Assembly (NCBI GenBank): GCA_016932255.1
Contig: JAFGDE010000019.1
Span: forward strand, 8,614-72,613
Reading direction: 5' to 3'
DNA length: 64,000 nucleotides
Origin: Candidatus Saganbacteria bacterium
GTDB taxonomy: Bacteria > Margulisbacteria > WOR-1 > O2-12-FULL-45-9
The notes beneath the pieces were generated by a model that was not told the origin of the DNA, made no database searches, and saw nothing but the letters and a program-made list of their open reading frames with translations. This document shows positions 35,362-43,193 of the stretch, piece by piece. Within the stretch, counting starts at the first letter, position 1. Each line of letters begins with the position of its first letter. The position numbers and the translations under genes were made by a program.

Positions 35362-36139
35362 TCAAGCTCCCTGTGCGGTAGCCTTTGAGATCGAGCGTGA
35401 CATAAGTATAGCCGAGGCGCTCGAACTTTTCCGCTATCTCGTCCATCCGCTCCATGACCTGGGGCACAGCCGCTTTATTGACCTCGATCCTGGCAATGGC
35501 ACCGTGATGCCTGACGCGCAGCTGGCCAAAGCCCAGCGATTTCAGAAAATCTTCGCCCGCGCCGACCAGCTTCAGCACCTCTCTGGTCAAGGGAGTGCTG
35601 TAAGGCACGCGCGAGGCCAGACAGGCTGCCGCGGGCTTGTCCCAGGTGGGCAGGCCGAGTTCTTTTGACGCGTCCCTGATATCAGGCTTGCGCCAGGCCA
35701 GTTCCTGCAGGGGGCTGATGATCCCGAGCTCGTTCTTGGCCCGGTTGCCCGGCCGGAAATCAGAGCGGTCATCAAAGTTGGAGCCGTCAAGCACCTGGGC
35801 AAAGCCATGGAGAGCCGCGATCTTCTTAAGTTGTGAGAAATTAGCTTTTTTGCAAACGTAGCAGCGCTCCGGCGTATTAGCCAGAAAATCAGCATCGGAC
35901 ATCAGCTGGCTGTTGACAGCGATACGCCTGATCCCCTGTGAAGCGCAGAAGTCGATCGTGAACTGTTCTTCGCTCTGCGCGAAAAAAGGAGCTTCAATGT
36001 TCGCGGCAACAGCCTTATCTCCCAATTCTTCATGAGCGACCTTGAGCAAAAAGGTGCTGTCAACGCCGCCGGAAAAGGCGATCAAGGCCGAACCGAGCTC
36101 GCGCAGTCTGTGACGCAACTTGTCCAGTTTATCAGCCAT
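35345..36139 (-). CDS. larE: PP-loop ATP-dependent sulfur transferase, LarE family
   Basis: 264 aa with PP-loop AFSGGVDSTFL, CYVCK and the conserved AAACLASRVPY cysteine segment. Confidence 0.8.
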   Translation of the reverse strand: MADKLDKLRHRLRELGSALIAFSGGVDSTFLLKVAHEELGDKAVAANIEAPFFAQSEEQFTIDFCASQGIRRIAVNSQLMSDADFLANTPERCYVCKKANFSQLKKIAALHGFAQVLDGSNFDDRSDFRPGNRAKNELGIISPLQELAWRKPDIRDASKELGLPTWDKPAAACLASRVPYSTPLTREVLKLVGAGEDFLKSLGFGQLRVRHHGAIARIEVNKAAVPQVMERMDEIAEKFERLGYTYVTLDLKGYRTGSLNEVLS

Positions 36140-36204
36140 AGGATAATGATACTAAATGGGTGAAGTTGTAGCAATAGATTGAGGGATTGAGGAATGGATC
36201 GAGA

Positions 36205-36252
36205 GGAACCGCGGCGTTCAGCCTGCCTGCCGGCAGGCAGGCCGCAGGTTCC
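36205..36252. repeat. 48-bp composite palindromic element, copy 1
   Basis: GGAACCGCGGCGTTCAG-CCTGCCTGCCGGCAGGCAGG-CCGCAGGTTCC. Identical to the copy at 36815-36862. Confidence 0.9.
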
Positions 36253-36262
36253 GAATCCCGGC

Positions 36263-36724
36263 TTAGACTGATTCCAACACGTGATACTTGATCTGGCGGC
36301 GGCCGAAATCAAGCGCGTCGCTGTATCTAAGCATCCAGATATCGATGCGGTCGGTATAGCGCCGGTTCATCCGGTCCTCGACCGTGAAGACCTGGTCGCC
36401 AAAGCCTTCAATGACGATCTTAGTGCCGATGGGCAGATGGTTGGCCGCGACCACGCCAGGCCGGCAGCGGGTTCCGGAAGCCGTGATCCAGGGGGTTGAG
36501 TCGCACTGGCCAACCATAGAGTTATAAGCCGTGGCAGTGGAAACATCAGAATAAGCAATACGGTAATGGCCGGCAATAAGCAGCTGTCTGGCTGAGGACG
36601 GAATAACCACCAGGCCGATCAAGAGCAAGCCCAGGCAGAAAGTCCTAGCCCAGAAAGGCAGTTTTTCAGCCAGTTTACTCCAAAATATGCAGAATTTAAG
36701 TTTATAATAGAGTCTGCCGCGCAT
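36263..36724 (-). CDS. 3D-domain (MltA/RlpA-like) cell-wall-binding protein
   Basis: 153 aa with an N-terminal TM/signal anchor. TATAYNSMVGQCDSTPWITASGT...GTKIVIEGFGDQVFTVEDRM...IDIWM matches the 3D-domain pattern. Confidence 0.75.
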   Translation of the reverse strand: MRGRLYYKLKFCIFWSKLAEKLPFWARTFCLGLLLIGLVVIPSSARQLLIAGHYRIAYSDVSTATAYNSMVGQCDSTPWITASGTRCRPGVVAANHLPIGTKIVIEGFGDQVFTVEDRMNRRYTDRIDIWMLRYSDALDFGRRQIKYHVLESV

Positions 36725-36775
36725 AGGCGATCCCCTCTACTATATTTATCGTATTGGGAAAGGAAAAAGTTGCAT

Positions 36776-36862
36776 GGGTTCGGGTTCTAGGTTCTGGGTT
36801 CTAGGATAAAAAATGGAACCGCGGCGTTCAGCCTGCCTGCCGGCAGGCAGGCCGCAGGTTCC
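36776..36862. repeat. GGGTTCT-type satellite plus 48-bp composite element, copy 2
   Basis: GGGTTCGGGTTCTAGGTTCTGGGTTCTAGG (36776-36805), then an exact second copy of the 48-bp element (36815-36862). Confidence 0.9.
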
Positions 36863-36868
36863 CTCGCG

Positions 36869-37477
36869 TTAAATATTCGGGAAGACCTGTCTGGCTGGTT
36901 TTTGTACGGCCTGGTAAACAGCCGCCGCGGCCAGTAGTTTGATGATATCTCCCGGGATGAACGGCAGCACGCCGAGCAGGAAAGCGCTCTTAAGCGACAT
37001 GCCGGAGATCAAAGCCAGGTGAACAGCGCCGCAAGCCAGCAGAGCCGCGCCGCCGATGAACATGGCGCCAACGATCTTGATATAAGGCGCTTCGCTGTCA
37101 TTGCCCAGCAGCCAGCCGATCAGAAAAGCAGCCAGCATAAAGCCGATGAGATAGCCGCCGGTGGGCCCCATCAGCCTGGCAAAACCGTACAGTCCACCAG
37201 TAAAGACCGGCAGGCCAAATATACCGACCAGCAGATAACCCGACTGTGACAGCAGGCCCAGCCTTCTGCCCAGTAAAGCGCCGGCCAGCAGGACAAAAAA
37301 GGTCTGCAGGGTCAAAGGCACGGGCGTAAAAGGCAGGGGGACGCGGATATAGGCGCCGGCCACGGTCAAAGCGATAAAACTGACCACGCCGATAACCCCG
37401 GCCACCGTCTTATTGACAACATATTCTTTCTTCAGGGCTTTTACTACTACTTGCGGCATTAAGCTCACCTCAAACAA
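36869..37477 (-). CDS. bioY: Biotin transporter BioY
   Basis: 202 aa with RVPLPFTPVPLTLQTFFVLLAGALLG...GPTGGYLIGF. Confidence 0.85.
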   Translation of the reverse strand: MFEVSLMPQVVVKALKKEYVVNKTVAGVIGVVSFIALTVAGAYIRVPLPFTPVPLTLQTFFVLLAGALLGRRLGLLSQSGYLLVGIFGLPVFTGGLYGFARLMGPTGGYLIGFMLAAFLIGWLLGNDSEAPYIKIVGAMFIGGAALLACGAVHLALISGMSLKSAFLLGVLPFIPGDIIKLLAAAAVYQAVQKPARQVFPNI

Positions 37478-37483
37478 ATTATA

Positions 37484-37894
37484 TCAGAAATGGACCTCGA
37501 TTGCACGCGGCGGGCACGGCCTGATGCAGAGCTCGCAGGCAATGCACTTCTCCGGGTCAAAGGCCACTTCCATAGTCTGCCTGTCCTTGATATAGAGCGC
37601 TTCGGTCGGACAGATCGAAACACAGGCGCCGCACTGGGTGCATTTATCCCAGTTGACCTTGATCTCCTTGCTCAGGAACTCGACATTAACGCCTTCGTCC
37701 TTTAAATGCTTGATCGCCTTGTCGATCTCGGCCTTGTCGCCGTCCAGTTCCAGCACCATATGGCCTTCCTGGTCAGGCGTGATGCTGGCCTTGAGGATAT
37801 TAAAGCTCAGATCGAACTCCTTGATCAGCTTGTACACGATCGGTTTATCTATCTTATCTTTAGGAAAGGTCAGGACGATCTTTTTGGCTGACAT
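37484..37894 (-). CDS. NIL-domain / 2x[4Fe-4S] ferredoxin protein (homocysteine biosynthesis partner)
   Basis: 136 aa from MSAKKIV (GGAGGG SD). NIL-like N-terminal half, then CTQCGACVSICP and CIACELCIRPCP. The track's longer N-terminus reads through repeat DNA. Confidence 0.8.
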   Translation of the reverse strand: MSAKKIVLTFPKDKIDKPIVYKLIKEFDLSFNILKASITPDQEGHMVLELDGDKAEIDKAIKHLKDEGVNVEFLSKEIKVNWDKCTQCGACVSICPTEALYIKDRQTMEVAFDPEKCIACELCIRPCPPRAIEVHF

Positions 37895-37920
37895 GTTATT
37901 TGCCCTCCTTTTATTTAGTA

Positions 37921-38003
37921 GCCTGCGGCCTGCCTGCCGGCAGGCAGGCTGAACGCCGCGGCTCCTTTTTTGGGAAACCGCGAAGTTCATTCGCAGGTTT
38001 CCC
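37921..38003. repeat. Filled composite element followed by an empty type-B hairpin
   Basis: GCCTGCGG-CCTGCCTGCCGGCAGGCAGG-CTGAACGCCGCGGCTCC (37921-65), then GGGAAACCGCGAAGTTCATTCGCAGGTTTCCC (37972-38003). Confidence 0.9.
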
Positions 38004-38010
38004 ATAAATA

Positions 38011-39240
38011 TTATTTGCCCTCCTTCACAGGTCTTTCCTTGAGCGGCTTGAACCTGGGCGCGCTCTCCCCGGCCGGCAGGTCGGCGACCTTTTCGGTCAG
38101 CAGGAACTCGCCCTGCTTGATCTGTGTTTTAAGGTCCTCGGCAATTTGCAGCGCTTTCTTATAGCTGGACAGGCCTGAGGTCGGCACCTGTTTGCCCTTT
38201 AATTCGATACTGCCGGACTTGAGCTGGGCATAGTTGACCTCAGCCAGCACGTCAGCTTTGGCATTGGGATAAGCGTCGCTGTAATCGACGACAGCGGCAA
38301 CGATATCCTCGTCCTTGACCGCGGTGTACTTGACGATCTCTTCGTTAAGGATCGGGATCGGGATGCCAATGCCGACAGCCATTGACGGGCCGTAGCCGAT
38401 CAGGCTGACGCCTTTAAGCCAATCCGGGCCCATCTGCTTCAGGTCGCCGATCAGGGCCAGCGTGCCCGCGCCCCTCTTGGGCACGCCGCTCTTGCCGCGC
38501 GGCGCGTGCGGGTTATGCTGGGTGCCCTGCCAGACGATATAGCCGATGCCGCCGCCCAGCCAGATGCGCGTGCCAATGCCCAGGGTCTTATAATACGGGT
38601 CATTGAGCAGCGGCGACAATTGGCCGGCAGAGCAGTAATTGGCATTGCCCAGCTTGGGCTTGAGCGTGCCCAGATAAGTGTAGATCGTCTTATCCGACAG
38701 GTTGACCGCCACATTATAGTTCTGGTAAGCGTTGCGCGAGTTGAACAGCACGGCTTCGTTCAAGTCCTTGATGTTGATCCAGGTGTCCAGGTGCTTGCGC
38801 GGATAGCAGTCGGTGCCGTAGGCCTCGACCTGCAATCTAACATCCTTGCCCGCGACCAGATCATTGATCACGTGGCCGCCGCCATAGGCGAACTCGCCCG
38901 GATGGATCTTATTGCGCGGGTCGTCATCAGGCATGGCCGTAGCACCCAGGTAAAGATCGACCGCTGCCCAGCCGGTATAAGCCGGCACGTTATTGAGCGT
39001 CGCGGTGCCACCGCCGGCCTTGAGCTTGGGCCTGGTATGGCCGAAATTAAGATAAGCGCCGGAGGAGCACATCGGCCCGAAAGTGCCGGTGGTCACGACG
39101 TCGACCTCTTTAGCCGCCTGGGCCGCGCCTTTCTGTTCAACGATCCCGATGATCTCTTCCGCGGTCACTACGACCGCCTTGCCTTTTTTGATCTTTTCGT
39201 TTATCTCTTGTATCGTCTTTGCCATTTTGTTGTCCTCCAT
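38011..39240 (-). CDS. COG1900/DUF39-family homocysteine biosynthesis protein
   Basis: 409 aa. Its N-terminus (KTIQEINEKIKKGKAVVVTAEE) and overall pattern match the family that pairs with NIL-ferredoxin in methanogens and anaerobic bacteria. Confidence 0.75.
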   Translation of the reverse strand: MEDNKMAKTIQEINEKIKKGKAVVVTAEEIIGIVEQKGAAQAAKEVDVVTTGTFGPMCSSGAYLNFGHTRPKLKAGGGTATLNNVPAYTGWAAVDLYLGATAMPDDDPRNKIHPGEFAYGGGHVINDLVAGKDVRLQVEAYGTDCYPRKHLDTWINIKDLNEAVLFNSRNAYQNYNVAVNLSDKTIYTYLGTLKPKLGNANYCSAGQLSPLLNDPYYKTLGIGTRIWLGGGIGYIVWQGTQHNPHAPRGKSGVPKRGAGTLALIGDLKQMGPDWLKGVSLIGYGPSMAVGIGIPIPILNEEIVKYTAVKDEDIVAAVVDYSDAYPNAKADVLAEVNYAQLKSGSIELKGKQVPTSGLSSYKKALQIAEDLKTQIKQGEFLLTEKVADLPAGESAPRFKPLKERPVKEGK

Positions 39241-40175
39241 TATTCCTTAAATAAAGCTGTGCTGAGATAGCGCTCGCCTGTGTCAGGCAAAAGCACCACG
39301 ATCATCTTGCCTTTGCTCTTGTTCTGAGCGGCCAGCTTAACTGCCGCGGCCACTGCCGCGCCCGAGGAGATGCCCGCGAGGATACCCTCGTCCCTGGCCA
39401 GTCTCCTGGCCAAGACAAAAGCGTCCTCATCACTGACCTGGACGATCTCGTCAATGATCTTGCGGTTCAAAACGTCCGGCACAAAGCCAGCGCCAATGCC
39501 CTGGATCAGGTGCGGCCCGGCCGGATCTCCCGAGAGCACCGCGGAAGCTGACGGCTCGACTGCCACGATCTTGATGCTTTTCTTTTTCTTCTTCAGGGCT
39601 TCGCCAACACCGGTAAGCGTGCCACCGGTGCCGACCCCGGCCACGAAGATATCGACTTTACCTTCCGTATCCTGCCAGATCTCTTCAGCCGTGGTCTGGC
39701 GATGGGCTTCAGGATTGGCCGGGTTCTTGAACTGCTGGGGCATGAAAGAATTTCTGGTCGTTTTGAGCAGTTCTTCCGCCTTATCGATGGCGCCCTGCAT
39801 GCCTTTAGCGCCTTCGGTCAGCACGATCTCAGCGCCAAAAGCTTTTAACAGGTTGCGCCGCTCAAGGCTCATGGTCTCGGGCATTGTCAGAATTAATTTA
39901 TAGCCGCGCGCCGCACAGACAAAGGCCAGCCCGATGCCGGTATTGCCCGAGGTCGGTTCGATTATAGTCGCGCCTTCACAGATCCTGCCCTCAGCCTCAG
40001 CCGCGTCGATCATGGCCAGGCCGATCCGGTCTTTGACACTGCCGCAGGGATTGAACGACTCCAGCTTGGCAATGACCAAAGCGCCGGCGCCGTCGGTCAC
40101 CTTACTCAGCCTGACCAAGGGCGTCTTGCCGACCAGTTGAGTGATATCTTTGGCTATGCCTGTCATTTGCCTCAC
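39240..40175 (-). CDS. cysK: Cysteine synthase A (O-acetylserine sulfhydrylase)
   Basis: 311 aa with [13 protein letters not shown] (PLP lysine), [10 protein letters not shown] and [10 protein letters not shown]. Confidence 0.9.
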   Translation of the reverse strand: MRQMTGIAKDITQLVGKTPLVRLSKVTDGAGALVIAKLESFNPCGSVKDRIGLAMIDAAEAEGRICEGATIIEPTSGNTGIGLAFVCAARGYKLILTMPETMSLERRNLLKAFGAEIVLTEGAKGMQGAIDKAEELLKTTRNSFMPQQFKNPANPEAHRQTTAEEIWQDTEGKVDIFVAGVGTGGTLTGVGEALKKKKKSIKIVAVEPSASAVLSGDPAGPHLIQGIGAGFVPDVLNRKIIDEIVQVSDEDAFVLARRLARDEGILAGISSGAAVAAAVKLAAQNKSKGKMIVVLLPDTGERYLSTALFKE

Positions 40176-40176
40176 C

Positions 40177-40587
40177 TCATATATTATACGTGAACGTCTT
40201 CTGGGTGCTCTTGAACAGCAGGTCTTCCATGGTCGTCTGCTTCAATCTCTGCCTGAGCGACTCCTGGAGGCCGGTAAAAAGATCGAACAATACCGGCACT
40301 TTCTGCATTTTTTTGCCGGCCAGGTCGATCTGACCGTCCAGGACCTCGATCACTTCCAGCACTGAGACATCCGACGGGTGCTTGGCCAAACTGTAGCCGC
40401 CTTCTTTGCCGCGCCAGCTGGTCAAAAGGTGCCGCCGCTTTAGCAGCAGCAGCAATTGTTCGAGATATCGCACCGGCACTTTCTGCGCTTTGGCAATATC
40501 CCTGATCTGCACCGGCCCGCTGTTGTACAACCTCGCGAGTTCGATCATTGCCTGGAGACCGTATTGTACTTTAATTGAAAAGTTCAT
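40177..40587 (-). CDS. Rrf2-family regulator (no Cys cluster; CymR-like position upstream of cysK)
   Basis: 136 aa with [12 protein letters not shown]...[17 protein letters not shown]...GKEGGY. Confidence 0.8.
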   Translation of the reverse strand: MNFSIKVQYGLQAMIELARLYNSGPVQIRDIAKAQKVPVRYLEQLLLLLKRRHLLTSWRGKEGGYSLAKHPSDVSVLEVIEVLDGQIDLAGKKMQKVPVLFDLFTGLQESLRQRLKQTTMEDLLFKSTQKTFTYNI

Positions 40588-40602
40588 TGTACATCTTTGC
40601 TC

Positions 40603-40651
40603 GGAACCTGCGGCCTGCCTGCCGGCAGGCAGGGTTCACTCGCAGGTTTCC
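40603..40651. repeat. Filled type-B hairpin in the 5' region of the Rrf2-cysK operon
   Basis: GGAACCTGCGG-CCTGCCTGCCGGCAGGCAGG-GTTCACTCGCAGGTTTCC. Confidence 0.9.
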
Positions 40652-40705
40652 TGGTAACCTATTATCGTTATTTCCTGTCCAAATGTCCAGCTTATTATAC
40701 ACTAT

Positions 40706-40724
40706 CTTGATTGAGTTAGTCAAG
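40706..40724. promoter_or_regulatory. Imperfect palindrome, candidate Rrf2 operator
   Basis: CTTGATTGAGTTAGTCAAG. It shares the half-site TTGACTAA (reverse strand) with the operator at 31029-31051. Confidence 0.35.
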
Positions 40725-40733
40725 TATTAGCTT

Positions 40734-40767
40734 AAAATAAAGGGCCCGGACTTGGCCCAGGCCCTTT
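40734..40767 (-). terminator. Rho-independent-like terminator after the ferredoxin gene
   Basis: On the minus strand: a GC stem AGGGCC...GGCCCT followed by TTTATTTT, just downstream of the stop at 40777. Confidence 0.5.
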
Positions 40768-40776
40768 AGCTAATGT

Positions 40777-40968
40777 TTAAGAAACCTTGATGGATGAGGT
40801 CGGGCAGCTGTCGGCCGCTTCCCGGACCGCATCCTCGTTCGCGTTCAAGTCAGCGCCGGCCTTGACCTGGGCCTTGCTGTCCCCCATCTCAAAGACGTCC
40901 GGGGCAGTGGTCTCGCACAGGCCGCAGACCGTGCAGTTATCATCGATAGTCACTTTTGTGATCGCCAT
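40777..40968 (-). CDS. Small single-cluster ferredoxin
   Basis: 63 aa. MAITKVTIDDNCTVCGLCETTAPDVFEM...ADSCPTSSI is the typical Cys pattern of 7-kDa ferredoxins. Confidence 0.8.
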   Translation of the reverse strand: MAITKVTIDDNCTVCGLCETTAPDVFEMGDSKAQVKAGADLNANEDAVREAADSCPTSSIKVS

Positions 40969-41080
40969 TCAGTTCACCTCCTGGGTTTTTGTATTTATTC
41001 TCAATTGCCGCTTTAAGTCTAACACAGGCACCCTGAGCCTAGTCAAGCCCCCAAAAAAGAAACTCCGAGACCCCGACCAT

Positions 41081-41145
41081 GGGGAAAAATGCAGAATGCC
41101 TAATGAAGAATGCAGAACTGTGGGGTGCCTACGGCACATTATTTA
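41081..41145. repeat. Type-C element left arm with a UNCG-loop hairpin
   Basis: GGGGAAAAATGCAGAATGCCTAATGAAGAATGCAGAACTGTGGG-GTGCCTACGGCAC-ATTATTTA. Confidence 0.8.
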
Positions 41146-41502
41146 ATGGATATTCTTTGCTTTGAAGAGGATGCTGCCTATTATTCTGATAAGTTCTTCA
41201 CTTTCAGCTAGTATTTGGGCAAATCCTTTCACATTATCGCCTATCATGCCAGCACCACGAATGACCTTTAGCCAATAGTTCGTTTCCATAATCTCTTTTT
41301 TAGCTATATTTACCTTGTTAATAAAATCCTTTTTTGACGAAGCTGCGTCAGCCTCACTCATGTTCGCGCCAACTGAAGACGCTGACCTTAACTATTGCAC
41401 TGCGATCACGCGGTCTTTAGTGCTCTTGCTCAACAATCTGCACAGCTTCACTATTCTAATACTTAAAACCAATAAGCGATCATGAATATCAATACTTTTC
41501 AT
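41143..41502 (-). pseudogene. Four-helix-bundle protein (23S rRNA IVS protein / Avd family) interrupted by an in-frame TAG
   Basis: The frame from the ATG at 41502 reads MKSIDIHDRLLVLSIRIVKLCRLLSKSTKDRVIAVQ-stop(41392-41394)-LRSASSVGANMSEADAASSKKDFINKVNIAKKEIMETNYWLKVI.... The QLLRSxTSVGAN and E..YWL motifs of the family span the stop. TAG terminates other genes here. Confidence 0.75.
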
Positions 41503-41530
41503 AAATAATTCCCATTTTCAAATAATATGG

Positions 41531-41566
41531 CATTAATTCGTCATTCTTCATTCTGCATTATAATAA
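41531..41566. repeat. Type-C element right arm
   Basis: CATTAATTCGTCATTCTTCATTCTGCATTATAATAA, inverted relative to the left arm at 41081. Confidence 0.75.
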
Positions 41567-41629
41567 GCAGCAATCTTATTGCCAGCAAATCTCCTCAAAG
41601 AAGAGGCTAAATCGACAGGATCACGACAG

Positions 41630-41658
41630 TTGACATTAAAACCCGCCAGTGCCACAAT
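41630..41658 (+). promoter_or_regulatory. Promoter positioned for a leaderless CPBP transcript
   Basis: TTGACA (41630-35), 17 nt, CACAAT (41653-58), then 7 nt to the ATG at 41666. Confidence 0.55.
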
Positions 41659-41665
41659 ACCTGCC

Positions 41666-42487
41666 ATGAAATACAGACCTTGGGTTTTTATAGTCGCGGT
41701 TCTCCTGTTCAGCTGGCTGGTCCAGATCGTATTATTCACTGGAATGCTGCCGGCCAACCTGCTTATTCTCTACATGTTCGCTCCGGCGCTGACCGCTTTT
41801 ATTTTCTTTGTCCTGTTCAAGACTCCCTGGCGCGAGCAATTGGACCTATTCATCAGGCGGATCGATCTCTGGTCGATCGTTTTTGCCTTTTTCTACCCGT
41901 TCTTCTGGCTGAGCCTTGTGCTGCTGGTCGCGGTCTTGACCGGTCTGGGCCAGTTCAACGCCTCTTTTCTCTCAAAAGCCCTGGCCTGGCCATTCATCTC
42001 GTCATTCCTGATGCTGGTTGTCTTTGCTTTCCCCACGATGTGGGGGGAGGAATACGGCTGGCGCGGGTATTTACTGCCCGGGCTGGTGGAGCGCTACGGC
42101 AAACTTAACGCCACGCTTATATTAGGTCTGGTCTGGGGCTGCTGGCACATCCCGTCCTATTATATCCTTTACAGCCAGGCGGGGCTGGGCCAGCCGGTAT
42201 TATTAACTATAACGGGGATCCTGACGGTCGCGGTCGGCGCGTTCCCTTACACGTATCTATTCTACCGGACCCGCAATATCATTCCCTGCGTCCTGCTGCA
42301 CGCGGCCTACGACCTCGCCTCCGGGCACATATTCTTCGGCACGCCGGCTATTCCCGGGTTTACCGACGGCACTCCCGGCCTGGTAATGATGCCCTGGCCC
42401 ACAGCGATGATGCTATTGATCGTGACCGGCGCGGTATTAGCTGGAGGTTTTGTGTTCTTATTTGGCAAGGAGGCAAAGGGGACTTGA
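41666..42487 (+). CDS. CPBP (CAAX/Abi) family intramembrane glutamic endopeptidase, copy 1
   Basis: 273 aa, polytopic, with the catalytic motifs [12 protein letters not shown] and HAAYD. Confidence 0.8.
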   Translation: MKYRPWVFIVAVLLFSWLVQIVLFTGMLPANLLILYMFAPALTAFIFFVLFKTPWREQLDLFIRRIDLWSIVFAFFYPFFWLSLVLLVAVLTGLGQFNASFLSKALAWPFISSFLMLVVFAFPTMWGEEYGWRGYLLPGLVERYGKLNATLILGLVWGCWHIPSYYILYSQAGLGQPVLLTITGILTVAVGAFPYTYLFYRTRNIIPCVLLHAAYDLASGHIFFGTPAIPGFTDGTPGLVMMPWPTAMMLLIVTGAVLAGGFVFLFGKEAKGT

Positions 42488-42879
42488 CCCGCAAAACTTT
42501 CTTAACCGCCCTGCTCTTCTGGTTCATCCTGGCTGTGCTGGCCAATATTAACGGCCTGGTCCGCAACTTTGGTTACGGCCCGTATGTGGGCGAGCAGGCC
42601 GCGCATCAGTTAAGCACTGTAATATTCTGCATCCTGATCCTGCTGGCGACATACGTAATGGTCAAGTTGGCCAGGCCGGCGCGGGCTGAACTTATCTGGA
42701 TCGGGATCTTCTGGCTCGTGGCCACGATCGCTTTTGAATTCCTGTTCGGCCACTATGTGGTCGGCCATTCATGGGAGCACTTATTGGCTGATTATAATAT
42801 TCTCAAAGGCCGTGTGTGGGGAATTGTTCTGCTGGTGACCTTATTGGCGCCGTTAATAACAGGGGAGTTTGTGAAATGA
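42484..42879 (+). CDS. Integral membrane protein, unknown function
   Basis: 131 aa with a TTG start overlapping the upstream stop and four hydrophobic helices. Confidence 0.5.
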   Translation: MTRKTFLTALLFWFILAVLANINGLVRNFGYGPYVGEQAAHQLSTVIFCILILLATYVMVKLARPARAELIWIGIFWLVATIAFEFLFGHYVVGHSWEHLLADYNILKGRVWGIVLLVTLLAPLITGEFVK

Positions 42880-43154
42880 AGATAAAGTTACGTGCCGTTG
42901 TCGCGATATTGCTGATCGGTTTCTGGCTGGCGGCCTTTTTGACCGGCTATCTGGTCTGGCTCGCCCCTTCCGGCCCGCGCTCAGGCTGGAACATCCTGGC
43001 TTTTAGCCTGATGAAGAAAGAGTGGATCTCTATCCACTTCTGGGTCAGCATCATTGCCACTCTTCTCACTGTGGTGCACATGTTCCTCGATTGGGGAGCT
43101 CTCAAGTCCTGCGTAAAGTATTTGTGTAGTACAAAGAGGGAGACGTTGGGCTAG
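42876..43154 (+). CDS. Small membrane protein (DUF4405-like pattern)
   Basis: 92 aa from MKIKLRAVVAILL (ATGA overlap), with HFWVSIIATLLTVVHMFLDW. Confidence 0.5.
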   Translation: MKIKLRAVVAILLIGFWLAAFLTGYLVWLAPSGPRSGWNILAFSLMKKEWISIHFWVSIIATLLTVVHMFLDWGALKSCVKYLCSTKRETLG

Positions 43155-43193
43155 GTCTTTCCCCTACTGGCGCAGCCAGCGGGTGATAAAAAA

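Noticed and set aside
36205-38003. The repeated 20-bp palindromes could be mistaken for a CRISPR array.
   Set aside because: Copies are scattered over 50 kb with irregular spacing and embedded in different hairpin hosts, some inside genes. There is no regular repeat-spacer periodicity and no cas genes are present.
38506-39270. A 254-aa plus-strand ORF lies antisense to the COG1900 gene. Similar antisense ORFs occur at 56315-56827, 62101-62676, 62673-63260 and 63575-63988.
   Set aside because: All are opposite well-supported genes and lack motifs. The last three lie opposite the response regulator and the GspE-type ATPase that the track missed.
41392-41394. The in-frame TAG in the four-helix-bundle gene as evidence for stop-codon reassignment or pyrrolysine.
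   Set aside because: TAG terminates several well-supported genes here (43194, 47500, 55422), and no pyl genes are seen. A simple nonsense mutation is more parsimonious.
41143-41502. A diversity-generating retroelement, suggested by the Avd-like four-helix-bundle gene.
   Set aside because: No reverse transcriptase and no template/variable repeat pair is visible in the window, and the gene itself is interrupted.
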